Positions 38,896 through 48,236 of a DNA stretch of 64,000 bases are shown here, piece after piece. A program made the position numbers and the translations under genes. Within the stretch, counting starts at the first letter, position 1; every line of letters begins with the position of its first letter. The notes below the pieces were generated by a model, which was not told where the DNA came from, did no database searches, and worked only from the letters and a program-made list of their open reading frames with translations. Where the stretch lies: IMG/VR virus record IMGVR_UViG_2879448870_000003, positions 4,864 to 68,863 of that record; one strand, 5' to 3'. This DNA is from a virus (Duplodnaviria; Caudoviricetes).

Positions 38896-40083
38896 ATGGC
38901 GAATAAAATACAATTAAGACGCGGTACTAAAGCACATCTGGCAACTCTCGGAGCCTTATCAGCCGGAGAGCCTGGTTATACCACGGACACCAAAGAGCTC
39001 TATATAGGTAATGGGGCCGGAGCCAATACACCTGTGGTTACAGCGACCTCAACAGATATTACCTACTATGTCCGTACAGATGGTAATGACGCTAACACGG
39101 GGCTTGCCAATACTACGGGCGGGGCGTTAAAGACGATAGGTAAGGCGGCCAGCATGGTTCCGCAGGCGGTTAACCACACCGTTGCAATCAATGTGGCGGC
39201 TGGAACGTATGCGGAAGATGTTCTGATATCGGGAACTAATGGCGCTGGATATGTTGCGTTTAATGGCACTTCAGCAAATATACGATCATTCACCGCTGCC
39301 AGATGTAGCCGTGTTGTAGTTTCCGGTTTTACAGGAACGTCTACCTCTCAGTCACCTTTCTATGCATATGATGGAGGCAAGTGCGATTTTAATAACTGTA
39401 TCACTACGGTATCAGGATCTAGTGCGGCAGGCGTTGCAATCTTCAACCAAGATAGCACAATTGAGGGGTGTACAATATCTAATCGTGGTACTGCAATTCA
39501 AGCTGAGAAGGGGCAAGTAACCGTTGTAAATTGCACTGGAACCGGAAATTCCACGGCTATTCTTCCAAGTGGCGGTGCGCTGGTTAATACTGCGGGAACT
39601 TTAATGAGTGGTGCCCTTGATGGGGCAAATGGTGGAGTTATTAACCCTTGGGGAGATAATACAACAGAATCACGTTCTACCGTATGGGCTTGGAGAAGTG
39701 CTAATGCTGCTGTTAGTGCAAATACCTTTACAACTGTTATATTCGATGGCGAGGGCACTGACAAACTTAGTGAATATAATAATGCTATCGGAGGATTCAC
39801 ACCTTTGAAAAGCGGCTGGTATGCGATAAATACGCGAGTGCTGTGCTCATCTTTACCGGCGGGTTCTATTTTGTATCTTCGTTTCCTTAACGTCACTACT
39901 AGCAGTTCATACGATATGGATAGAGTAAACGGAGGAGGACAGGATGCAGCGGCACAAGGTTCTCTATTGGTCTTCATTCACGCAGGGGAAACTATCGTTA
40001 TACAGATAAATCCCGCAGGAACTACAACGACAGTATACGGCGGTTATCAGTTTACGAGGTTAGAAATAATCAGAGTAGCATAA
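38896..40083 (+). CDS. Receptor-binding protein: Mtd-N-like + beta-helix + C1q-like C-terminus
   Basis: IQLRRG..GEPGYTTDTKELYIG; TYYVRTDGNDANTG; FTPLKSGWYAI. Confidence 0.8.
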   Translation: MANKIQLRRGTKAHLATLGALSAGEPGYTTDTKELYIGNGAGANTPVVTATSTDITYYVRTDGNDANTGLANTTGGALKTIGKAASMVPQAVNHTVAINVAAGTYAEDVLISGTNGAGYVAFNGTSANIRSFTAARCSRVVVSGFTGTSTSQSPFYAYDGGKCDFNNCITTVSGSSAAGVAIFNQDSTIEGCTISNRGTAIQAEKGQVTVVNCTGTGNSTAILPSGGALVNTAGTLMSGALDGANGGVINPWGDNTTESRSTVWAWRSANAAVSANTFTTVIFDGEGTDKLSEYNNAIGGFTPLKSGWYAINTRVLCSSLPAGSILYLRFLNVTTSSSYDMDRVNGGGQDAAAQGSLLVFIHAGETIVIQINPAGTTTTVYGGYQFTRLEIIRVA

Positions 40084-40095
40084 GGAGAGATCAAG

Positions 40096-40581
40096 ATGAA
40101 TATTGCGTACGCAGTTATGCATATATACCCTGGCTCAGATCCAATCAAAGACTTTGAAGTCTGGGACAATGGCCCGGAGCCGGTACTGCATCCGGGAGCC
40201 GAAGAGAAAGGCCGGGTCCGGTATGAGATCAAGCCCCCGGAGGAAGGCGAGGAGCCGCAGGAGGGCGTACACTACCGTTACGGCATCGACTATAACCTGC
40301 TTACATTGGGCGAGGATTACGACCTTGTAGAGCGGGGGCCGCATATCGCAGTGTGGAATCTGGACGAGCCGCAGCCCACGGAAACGGAGCTGCAAGCAGC
40401 CTGGGAAGCCTACCAGGAGGCAGAAGCCAACATGCCGCCGCAGCTGACGGAGATCGAGCAGCTGCAGATGGATAATGCCGGTATATTGTTGGAACTGGCT
40501 CAGACACAGACGAGGCAAGAACAGCAGGAACAGGATCAAGCTGCCTTACTCCTCAGTCTTGTGATGGGAGGTGTATTGTAA
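40096..40581 (+). CDS. XkdW family protein
   Basis: MNIAYAVMHIYP...DFEVWDNG...IAVWNLDEPQPT..EL. Confidence 0.8.
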   Translation: MNIAYAVMHIYPGSDPIKDFEVWDNGPEPVLHPGAEEKGRVRYEIKPPEEGEEPQEGVHYRYGIDYNLLTLGEDYDLVERGPHIAVWNLDEPQPTETELQAAWEAYQEAEANMPPQLTEIEQLQMDNAGILLELAQTQTRQEQQEQDQAALLLSLVMGGVL

Positions 40582-40712
40582 TGGACTGGTACGCATTAGT
40601 TAAGCGCTACTACGCTGCAGGGCTTTACTCAGCAGTGCAGGTGCAGGTATTTGTATCCGCCAAAAAGATTACAGCTGATCAAGCTACAGAGATTACAGCC
40701 AGCGCCGAATAG
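40581..40712 (+). CDS. XkdX family protein
   Basis: MDWYALVKRYYAAGLYS..QV.VFV..KKITADQATEIT (43 aa, not in ORF track). Confidence 0.85.
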   Translation: MDWYALVKRYYAAGLYSAVQVQVFVSAKKITADQATEITASAE

Positions 40713-40761
40713 TAGGCGTTTTTATTTTGCCCTCGGAGCTGCTTCGGGGGCTATTTTTTGT

Positions 40762-40779
40762 TAAGGAAAATTTTCCTTA
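40762..40779. repeat. Dispersed palindrome copy 5 (TAAGGAAAATTTTCCTTA)
   Basis: Perfect 18-mer after terminator ~40728-40759. Confidence 0.9.
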
Positions 40780-40800
40780 GCCATCGAGGGAGGTTAGGAG

Positions 40801-43017
40801 TTGGAGTTTTTAGAATCTTACGATAAAAATTTGGTAGCAATCGGGGCTTTGGTCAAATCCTATGATGTTACCAGAAAACGCCGCATTAACTCAGATTATG
40901 AATTGTCTTTTTTGGTACCCATGAATTCAAGGGACTATCTTGAAAAGATATTAATCAAAGGCCACGTTAAAGATGAGCGCGGCCAGTTCTATGTAATTAA
41001 CAGCCGATCCCGGGTCCGGGAAGATCGGAAGTTGACGGCATCTATCATGTGTACCCACGTAATGTTCAAGCTTACCGATTTCAAGTTTCCATACTCTTCG
41101 TACATTGCCGAAGCATATGGCGTGCATATTTCACAACTTACAAATCTCATCTCTTCTGCAAGCGGTGGACGGTTTACGTTTTCGATTGATGATACGTTTG
41201 ATCTTTCTGATGTTAAGGATTTCGGACAGGGGAACTGCCTTCAGGCGCTAAATAAGGTCATTGAATTGTACGGATGTGAGATCGAAGCGGATAACTTTGT
41301 CATTCACCTCAAAAAGCAAATCGGTAAAGATGAAGGCATGCAATATCGTATACAGAAAAACATTGTCTCAGATCAATTTAAAGATGATGCTTCATCGCTT
41401 GTGACACGCCTGTTTTGCCAAATGAAGGACGGTAGAACGTGGATAGGTCAACCTGCATCGATCCTCACCAACGAAGAGAGAACACTGCTGGGGGCTGTAC
41501 CAGGGGCAATTGTTAATGGTATTCTGCAAGTCAATTATCTTATCTCTCCATATGCCGCGAGCTGGGGGAGTAATTCAGTTCCATATTTCGATGGGGAAAT
41601 AATTGAGCAGGATATTGAGTCGGTATCTGATCTCTTAGAAGCTGGGAGAAAGACACTGAGAGAAAAGGAGATCCCAAGTTTTGAAGTCACAGCAGACAGT
41701 GCTGACCTTTACAAGATCAGAAGCAATGCGGTGAAACCGGATCTCGGTGATACCGCCTATTGCTATGATCCAGATATCGGGCTAGTCAACCTTAAAGCCC
41801 GGATCATGGAATTGACGGAATACCCATATGCCAAGGAAAAGCATGCTCAGGCGGTATTGTCTAATGTTGAAGTCAAAGACATGGATGATATTATTGCTGA
41901 TTTGGATAAGAGTAAAAAGCTTGTAGATAACCTTTATTCCAATGGCAGAATTCGAACAGAACTGTTTGAGGCTGTGGCAAAGCAAGTCATTACAGATATT
42001 AATAATTCAAAAACCGAACTTCTCTATCCATCGGACGGCGGTATACTGGCCCAAGACAAGAATAATCCACTTCGCCAAGTGCGTTACACTTCGAGGGGAT
42101 TAGGGATATCCACTGACGGTTGGAATACTATCAGGGCGGCGATTACAGCAGATGGTGTATTGGCAGAAACGGTAGTTGGACAGTTTGGTTCCTTTGTCTC
42201 GATGCTGATCGGGAGCGGGAATGCCGTTACTCAAATCAATACCAATGGGATAGCTGCTGGACATGCTAATTTCAATGAAGCACCGTTTCGGGTGGATATG
42301 GCTGGTAACGTGGTTGCAAATAAGTTGACAGCAAATTATGCTTCGATCGCAAACTCAAGCTTTTCTGGTGGTGCTATTGTAGGCTCCTCGATTAATGTTG
42401 GAAGCGGAAAATTTGTAGTTAATTCAGCCGGAAGTGTATATGCAGCAGACGGAACATTTCAAGGGACAATTAATGCGAGAGGGGGGACCTTCGAAGGGAA
42501 CATTTATGCTAGCGGTGAAATCATTGGGGGCATTATCACAGGTGCTAGATTCCGAACGGGTTCTTCTGGTATTTATCCAAGAGTAGAGATCGATCCTACT
42601 AGTGTTGCATTTGGGGTTTACTCCGATGCTACAAGCGGGATTTTGATACCAGCCTATGATGGTGGAGTCAGTAAAATCCGGTTCTTGGCAAATGGTGCTG
42701 AGTCAACAATATACAATTCTCCGGGTGTAGGCCTTGCATTGAGTGCAAATGGCAATTTAACTTTATTGGGAGCTAACATTGATTTGCAACCAAGCGGGAA
42801 AGTGAGGATTTACTCGTGGGCTGGAATTCAAAGCACGTTGTCAGGCTCCACACTTCAAGGGGAGCTAGACTCCATAAATAGCGCAATCGTTGCTCTTTGG
42901 AATGCCCTTAATACTAAATCGGATATTGGACATAAGCATACTGTTGATATCGGGACACATAACCACGGCAATGTAGCTAATCAAAATTGGGGAGGCTCCT
43001 TTACAACTTCAAGTTAA
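40801..43017 (+). CDS. Tail tip/hub protein (Tal, prophage endopeptidase tail family)
   Basis: RRINSDYELSF, YGCEIEADNF, KNI...LVTRL, DLGDT...RIMEL..YPY, GLGISTDGW.T.RAAITADG. Confidence 0.85.
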   Translation: MEFLESYDKNLVAIGALVKSYDVTRKRRINSDYELSFLVPMNSRDYLEKILIKGHVKDERGQFYVINSRSRVREDRKLTASIMCTHVMFKLTDFKFPYSSYIAEAYGVHISQLTNLISSASGGRFTFSIDDTFDLSDVKDFGQGNCLQALNKVIELYGCEIEADNFVIHLKKQIGKDEGMQYRIQKNIVSDQFKDDASSLVTRLFCQMKDGRTWIGQPASILTNEERTLLGAVPGAIVNGILQVNYLISPYAASWGSNSVPYFDGEIIEQDIESVSDLLEAGRKTLREKEIPSFEVTADSADLYKIRSNAVKPDLGDTAYCYDPDIGLVNLKARIMELTEYPYAKEKHAQAVLSNVEVKDMDDIIADLDKSKKLVDNLYSNGRIRTELFEAVAKQVITDINNSKTELLYPSDGGILAQDKNNPLRQVRYTSRGLGISTDGWNTIRAAITADGVLAETVVGQFGSFVSMLIGSGNAVTQINTNGIAAGHANFNEAPFRVDMAGNVVANKLTANYASIANSSFSGGAIVGSSINVGSGKFVVNSAGSVYAADGTFQGTINARGGTFEGNIYASGEIIGGIITGARFRTGSSGIYPRVEIDPTSVAFGVYSDATSGILIPAYDGGVSKIRFLANGAESTIYNSPGVGLALSANGNLTLLGANIDLQPSGKVRIYSWAGIQSTLSGSTLQGELDSINSAIVALWNALNTKSDIGHKHTVDIGTHNHGNVANQNWGGSFTTSS

Positions 43018-43065
43018 CTGTCGATAATACGGATATAGAAATCTTTGCCAAGGAGAGTGTATTCG

Positions 43066-43617
43066 ATGAAGAGATTTATATCCGGATTTGTTGCAGGCGC
43101 GATTTTGTTTGGTGGAGTTTCCGCCTTCGCTGCTTCAGGGTTAATCGGCCAGAAGGTACAGGGATTGTTCGTGATTGAAAAGGCAGGTGTCAAGGTTGCT
43201 GATGCTATTATTATAAACGGTTTGGCCTACGCCCCCGTGCGGGCTGTTGCGGCTGCTACAGGTGCAGGCCTAACTGTAGAAGGGAAAAAGATAATCATGG
43301 AAGATAAAATCACGGAAGAGACTCCTGTACAAACAGTGACAACGGGTTTGGATAATATTTCAGATTTGCAGACTGAGCGCAAAAAAGTAGGGGAACAGGT
43401 AGAGAAGAAAATAGCGATTATTTCTGACTTTAAAAAGACTCAAGTTGATATCTGGGATGTCTTAATATCAGAAAACCCAAATTCAACAACAATCCCACAG
43501 TGGGAAAACACAAAAAAGGAAAGAGAGGCTATGCTTGACCAGCTTAAAGCCGAACTGGAAACACTCCAACAACTACTTACTGATATAGATGCTCGAATCG
43601 CAGCTCTGCAAAAATAA
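43066..43617 (+). CDS. Secreted protein: signal peptide, copper-amine-oxidase-N-like segment, coiled coil
   Basis: MKRFISGFVAGAILFGGVSAFA; IINGLAYAPVRAVA. Confidence 0.75.
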   Translation: MKRFISGFVAGAILFGGVSAFAASGLIGQKVQGLFVIEKAGVKVADAIIINGLAYAPVRAVAAATGAGLTVEGKKIIMEDKITEETPVQTVTTGLDNISDLQTERKKVGEQVEKKIAIISDFKKTQVDIWDVLISENPNSTTIPQWENTKKEREAMLDQLKAELETLQQLLTDIDARIAALQK

Positions 43618-43639
43618 CATACCCTTTGGAGAATATTAT

Positions 43640-44035
43640 ATGAACAAAATATTAATTATCATCTTTTCAAGTACTCTCCTATTCGGAGGAGTCCATAGTG
43701 TTTCTTTAGATAGCCTAACTTTATCAACGTCTGAATCAGATTCAGATAAGGCTGGATTGAGTGATCGCTTAGTAATGCTAAGGATTGAGCGTGATGAATT
43801 GGAGTCTCAGATTTTAACAACAGAATCCTTCATAGACAGCTACAAGAAAAATCAGGTGGATAAATGGGGAAATGAAATAGAGAAAAATCCAGACTCTCCG
43901 ATGATTCCGAAATGGGAAGAAGCATTTAATGACACTAGTGAATATTTGGAACAGCTTAAAGCTGATCTTGTCACGCTTCAACGACAACTCACTAAGGTAG
44001 ATGCACAAATAACAGCACTAAGCAATAAACCGTAG
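43640..44035 (+). CDS. Secreted coiled-coil protein, partial paralogue of upstream gene
   Basis: Shared LFGGV, KKxQVDxW, NPxS..IPxWE, LxQLKA.L.TLQ. Confidence 0.7.
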   Translation: MNKILIIIFSSTLLFGGVHSVSLDSLTLSTSESDSDKAGLSDRLVMLRIERDELESQILTTESFIDSYKKNQVDKWGNEIEKNPDSPMIPKWEEAFNDTSEYLEQLKADLVTLQRQLTKVDAQITALSNKP

Positions 44036-44131
44036 TAATACAGCATCTACAATCAGTTACTCTATAGATATAAGAAAGCCTCTCCAATTCACTGGAGGGG
44101 CTTTTACTCTTGTCTGAAAGGAGGAATACAA

Positions 44132-44341
44132 TTGGTAGTTGTAAAGAAAGTGGAATTGTCGATCGATCTCACCAGACCGGCAGAAGAACTTATCGATTCA
44201 ATCATATCGGTTCTGAGCTTTTTCCCAGGGAGACAACAAGAGATCCTGCAGAAGGTTGATCATACAGTTGGCGACATGCTGGCAGCGATGCAGCCCAAGG
44301 AAGATCCAGGACCAGTAGAAAAGATAGAAGAATCACCATAG
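44132..44341 (+). CDS. Small hypothetical protein
   Basis: AAGGAGG RBS; follows terminator 44075-44105. Confidence 0.65.
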   Translation: MVVVKKVELSIDLTRPAEELIDSIISVLSFFPGRQQEILQKVDHTVGDMLAAMQPKEDPGPVEKIEESP

Positions 44342-44359
44342 AGAGAAGGGAGCGGGGGA

Positions 44360-44662
44360 ATGGAAGCAGATGGAGTAAACAACTTGAAAGAAATACTGCC
44401 ACTGGTGGAGAAATACGGCCTATCAGTGGTGCTACTGTTCTTGTTTCTGATCTTCGCCTATGCGCAGTGGAGGGCCGTGGCTACCGGCAAGCTAGTGCCG
44501 CGTGAAATGCTGGACCGGGCCTTGCAGGATAATGACCATCTGCAGGAAATCCTGGACAGCGAGCGTAAGGCATTTATGCAGCCGACACTGGAAGTGCTGC
44601 AGCGGCTTAAGATTGATCACAATGCCGTAAATCCTGAAAATACCGAGGACAGGGGTGGATAA
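44360..44662 (+). CDS. Single-TM holin-like protein
   Basis: TM helix followed by coiled segment, in lysis module. Confidence 0.55.
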   Translation: MEADGVNNLKEILPLVEKYGLSVVLLFLFLIFAYAQWRAVATGKLVPREMLDRALQDNDHLQEILDSERKAFMQPTLEVLQRLKIDHNAVNPENTEDRGG

Positions 44663-44664
44663 CC

Positions 44665-44865
44665 GTGTTGATGAAGTGGATTCACCGTTTATTCCCCCGG
44701 CGACACGGCGAGTTAGATAAAGAGATCAGCCAAGCATCACGCCGGGTAGCCCTATCAATTGATAGGTACAAAAATATGTCACAAGAGATACAAGCTGAGA
44801 TCGAGCGCAACCGATTTGCAAAGTACCTTGTGTACGATAAGGGGGATCACCATGGGGTTCATTGA
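44665..44865 (+). CDS. Small hypothetical protein (lysis module)
   Basis: Coupled ORF. Confidence 0.55.
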   Translation: MLMKWIHRLFPRRHGELDKEISQASRRVALSIDRYKNMSQEIQAEIERNRFAKYLVYDKGDHHGVH

Positions 44866-45244
44866 TGTTTTACTGTTGGTGCTGTATGTCGTTGCTATTG
44901 TGACGGCGGTCTATATCCTGTACAAGCATAGGTCTTATTTTCACGAAAGATTCCGTAAAGGCGTTGTCAGTGTCTTCATGCTGGCGATGCTTTTTTTCTT
45001 GGCTACTTATACGTTCAAGATGCTGATCGTGCTGCTGATCCGAGCTTCAATAGTCTTCGGCTTTGCAACTCCCGAACTTTCTGAATGGCTGCTGGAGGGC
45101 TGGGCGATTGCTCAGATCGGTACAACCGGTGGGTTGATTGCATTGGCTTGGCTGACACACTCAGGACGATATGACCAATACGCAAAGCTCTACTGGTTTG
45201 ACAAAAGAATTGAAGAGGAGGCAAAGCGCGATGCTGACGCTTGA
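44852..45244 (+). CDS. Three-TM membrane protein (lysis module)
   Basis: Three hydrophobic helices; GGGGG RBS. Confidence 0.65.
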   Translation: MGFIDVLLLVLYVVAIVTAVYILYKHRSYFHERFRKGVVSVFMLAMLFFLATYTFKMLIVLLIRASIVFGFATPELSEWLLEGWAIAQIGTTGGLIALAWLTHSGRYDQYAKLYWFDKRIEEEAKRDADA

Positions 45245-46031
45245 TCAAGTAAAGCTTAAATCCATGTCCAAGGTTGAGAAGCTGCATCCGGTCCTTGTGG
45301 CGGCTACGGTGGCGCTGATTGAGCGCTGCTATGCCCGGGGAGTCAATATAGCCATTACCCAGGGGCTGCGGACCATCGCAGAGCAGGATGCACTCTACGC
45401 GCAGGGCCGCACGAAGCCAGGGCAGATCGTAACCAACGCCAAAGGCGGGACCAGTTACCACAACTACGGGGTTGCTATTGATTTCGCGCTGCTGCTTAAT
45501 GATGGCCGCATTGTTTCCTGGGATACCGAACTTGATGTTGATAAAGACGGTATTTCCGACTGGATGGAAGTAGTAGACGAGGCTAACAAGCTGGGCTTTG
45601 AGTGGGGCGGGGATTGGACCAGTTTTAAGGATCTCCCACACCTGCAGAAGACCTTCGGTTTGAGCACGACTCAATTACGAGCTGGCAAGAAACCAACGGA
45701 AGCACAGGTAGCGGCGGCTTATGCCGTCATAGATAAATTGCAAGGGGAGGTAAAAGAGGATATGAGTAAAATTGCGGAGTTGGAGCAAGTCATAGAGGCA
45801 CAGGAAGGACGCATATCCGCACTGGAGAAGCGTCTGAATGTCTCCGGCAAGGAAACGTATGCCAAAGACTACGAAAAGGCCATACAGGTCGCCAAGGATG
45901 CCGGAATTATCACCTCTTCAGCAGACAAGTCGAAGATTGAACTGAATGTAATCACAATGCTGGTGAATGTAGGGCTGGCGAATAAGGCACTTATTTCATT
46001 TTTCAAAAACTTTAAATCCGAGGTGAAGTAA
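45231..46031 (+). CDS. Endolysin, M15 family L-Ala-D-Glu peptidase
   Basis: QGLRT.AEQDALYAQGRT..G.IVTNAKGG.SYHNYGVAID; WGGDWTSFKDLPHLQ. Confidence 0.95.
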   Translation: MLTLDQVKLKSMSKVEKLHPVLVAATVALIERCYARGVNIAITQGLRTIAEQDALYAQGRTKPGQIVTNAKGGTSYHNYGVAIDFALLLNDGRIVSWDTELDVDKDGISDWMEVVDEANKLGFEWGGDWTSFKDLPHLQKTFGLSTTQLRAGKKPTEAQVAAAYAVIDKLQGEVKEDMSKIAELEQVIEAQEGRISALEKRLNVSGKETYAKDYEKAIQVAKDAGIITSSADKSKIELNVITMLVNVGLANKALISFFKNFKSEVK

Positions 46032-46033
46032 TC

Positions 46034-46249
46034 ATGAAAAGCAAATGGCGTAACTATGGCATGTGGGTATCCTTAACGGCAGCCGTGCTGCTTGGTGTGC
46101 AGACAGTGGGGGCAATCTTCGGCGTAGAGTTTACTCCAGACAAATACGATCAAGTTACCGTGGCGGTCAATGCGGTCTTGGGCGTGCTGGTGGTCTTGGG
46201 GATTGTGAGCAACCCGGAGGCAGGCAAGGGGTATACAGATAAAGATTAA
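46034..46249 (+). CDS. Holin (two TM)
   Basis: KWRNYGMWVSL...LVVLGIVSNP..GKGY.D. Confidence 0.85.
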   Translation: MKSKWRNYGMWVSLTAAVLLGVQTVGAIFGVEFTPDKYDQVTVAVNAVLGVLVVLGIVSNPEAGKGYTDKD

Positions 46250-46357
46250 ATTCGGTCCTACAGACGAGGTCACTGGTTGATGGATACCCATTAAGCAAAC
46301 CATTTCCACAATTCATATTGACTAGGTACCGTGGTGCCGATAAAGCAGTAATCGCTA

Positions 46358-46386
46358 TTTACAAACATATGTTCCTATGTTATTAT
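46358..46386 (+). promoter_or_regulatory. sigmaA-like promoter TTTACA-N17-TATTAT overlapped by LexA-box-like CAAACATATGTTCC
   Basis: Close to Firmicutes consensus CGAAC-N4-GTTCG; box at 46362-46375. Confidence 0.6.
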
Positions 46387-46487
46387 TACCTCATGATCTA
46401 AACCAGTACTGTGAACTTACCTTTAACAGAAGCCGAAACAGATACCGATTCCTATTCATTGATTTCTAATGGAAGGAGAGGGTTATA

Positions 46488-46598
46488 ATGGCAGCAGGTG
46501 TTGTTATAAATGGCAAGGGATATCGAATTGAAGAATACGTAATTTTTCTTTTTCTGGTATCTGCCATTTATGCTCTGATTTATATCGCAACAAGATAA
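46488..46598 (+). CDS. 36-aa single-TM peptide
   Basis: GGAAGGAG RBS; MAAGVVINGKGYRIEEYVIFLFLVSAIYALIYIATR; terminator ~46603-46634. Confidence 0.55.
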   Translation: MAAGVVINGKGYRIEEYVIFLFLVSAIYALIYIATR

Positions 46599-46801
46599 CG
46601 AAAAAAGCCCACTGAACCCGATGGTGGGCTTTTTGTATATGCTGGTGAAATCTTATACGGATTAGAATAACCCGAATAAACAGTAAACGCCACTCAGATA
46701 GTTATCACGTTCAAAATATATCCAAAAAAGGATTTCTATTTTTCAATTCTGTGTTATTATTTTGGGAGGAATTACCCAAAATAATAATACAGGTGGTTTA
46801 T

Positions 46802-47968
46802 ATGACGGACAAAGGCGAATTGGCTGTTGAGGGGAAAGTTGATGAGTTTTATAAAAAGTTGTTGACATCAACTATTATGGAAGGATACCCAAAATATCTA
46901 CAAGAAGGTCTCCTTAAGAGTATGGAAAAGCAAGATCTACTGCTCTTGAAAAAAAGAAAGAGTGGGGTTAAGGACAACATATTGGATCTTTCAGAAGTTG
47001 AAAATACTAATGATCAAATATTACAAGCAATTAATAACGAAGAAGAAACTGTAAAAGTATTTGAAAAAAATGAATTTTTTAAGTCATATAAGTATTCATC
47101 TATTTTCTTTGTAAATAAATTAGATGAACATTTAATTAAAGGATTAGTGTTGCGTGACGAAATAAATGATTTTTTTGCAGATACATATACACATGATGAA
47201 TCGACAGTGATAATCCAAGGGGTTAAAAACCCGACGATGTATTCGTTAGATAATACTATATTGTTTAAATTCAGTAAATTGCTGTCGGGATTTACTCCTG
47301 GAGATGGCGATAAAAAAGAAATAAAGTACCCTATAGTTGCAATTTACTCTAAGACAATGGGGACACTTGAAGTGCGGTTGGATAGTGTTCGTACAATGTA
47401 TCAGGCTTCTGATATTTTTTACGAGTCGCAGATTTATTCTGTTTTGACTTGGTTTGAAAGTTATCTTAATTGCAAATTTGATACGGTTAACTTTCTTCCG
47501 ATAATTGAATACATAAAAAGAAACAAACAAACTGAGGTCGCCGTAGAAGCACAGTCGATGGCATTTCAAAATGGCGGGAAAGCAATACTTGAAAATGGGA
47601 TAAATGATAATTATGTCCTTCCGTTACTTGGCGAACTCCAAGAGTTGATTAAGGCCAATCAAGTTGTTTTCGACAGTAACCCAGAAGTGAAAAAACTGCT
47701 CGATAAGTTTATCACTGAAGCTGAAACGCTTTCTGATTTGCCTTGGGTTACTCTTGTGTGGAAAAAAGACAAAACAAAAGTTAAGTTTAAATTTGGTCAT
47801 CATGATAATGATTTCACCATATTACAATATTATGGTCGTCAATCTGATATGGAGAAGATGGAATATGTCACCCAATACGTTATTGAAAATAAAGCAGAAC
47901 TTGATCAACTCGAACAGACTAACGCCACAGAAGGTGGACACTCTCCTCTCGATAATCAAGTCGTATAA
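46802..47968 (+). CDS. Uncharacterised protein, first gene of putative three-gene defence operon
   Basis: AT-rich ~388 aa ORF; AGGTGG RBS. Confidence 0.75.
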   Translation: MTDKGELAVEGKVDEFYKKLLTSTIMEGYPKYLQEGLLKSMEKQDLLLLKKRKSGVKDNILDLSEVENTNDQILQAINNEEETVKVFEKNEFFKSYKYSSIFFVNKLDEHLIKGLVLRDEINDFFADTYTHDESTVIIQGVKNPTMYSLDNTILFKFSKLLSGFTPGDGDKKEIKYPIVAIYSKTMGTLEVRLDSVRTMYQASDIFYESQIYSVLTWFESYLNCKFDTVNFLPIIEYIKRNKQTEVAVEAQSMAFQNGGKAILENGINDNYVLPLLGELQELIKANQVVFDSNPEVKKLLDKFITEAETLSDLPWVTLVWKKDKTKVKFKFGHHDNDFTILQYYGRQSDMEKMEYVTQYVIENKAELDQLEQTNATEGGHSPLDNQVV

Positions 47969-48236
47969 AAAGGGGGATTTTATTTATCCAGGCGCTCTAA
48001 TCCGACACTTAAACATATCAATGAATGAAGTTTATGGTGTACTTGAATTAATAAAGGATCTCGGAATTATAAAGAATCATTATGAATTGTATTGCAGATC
48101 TTGTAGAAGGTTCACTGGGATTGGTTTTGAAACAATTAATCAAATTCCTGAATTTGTAGAATGCGAAGAATGTTTCAAAGAGTTAGATCCTATTGAAGAT
48201 AGCATTGTTATTTACAGGGTGATAGCAAATGATTAG
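47865..48236 (+). CDS. Winged-helix plus Zn-ribbon protein
   Basis: FIYPGALIRHLNIS.NEVY.VLE HTH; CRSC...CEEC; overlaps upstream gene by ~100 nt. Confidence 0.75.
   Translation: MSPNTLLKIKQNLINSNRLTPQKVDTLLSIIKSYKKGDFIYPGALIRHLNISMNEVYGVLELIKDLGIIKNHYELYCRSCRRFTGIGFETINQIPEFVECEECFKELDPIEDSIVIYRVIAND

Noticed and set aside
37840-40083. Diversity-generating retroelement suggested by Mtd-N-like fibre domains
   Set aside because: No reverse transcriptase and no template/variable repeat pair with adenine-specific mismatches seen in the window
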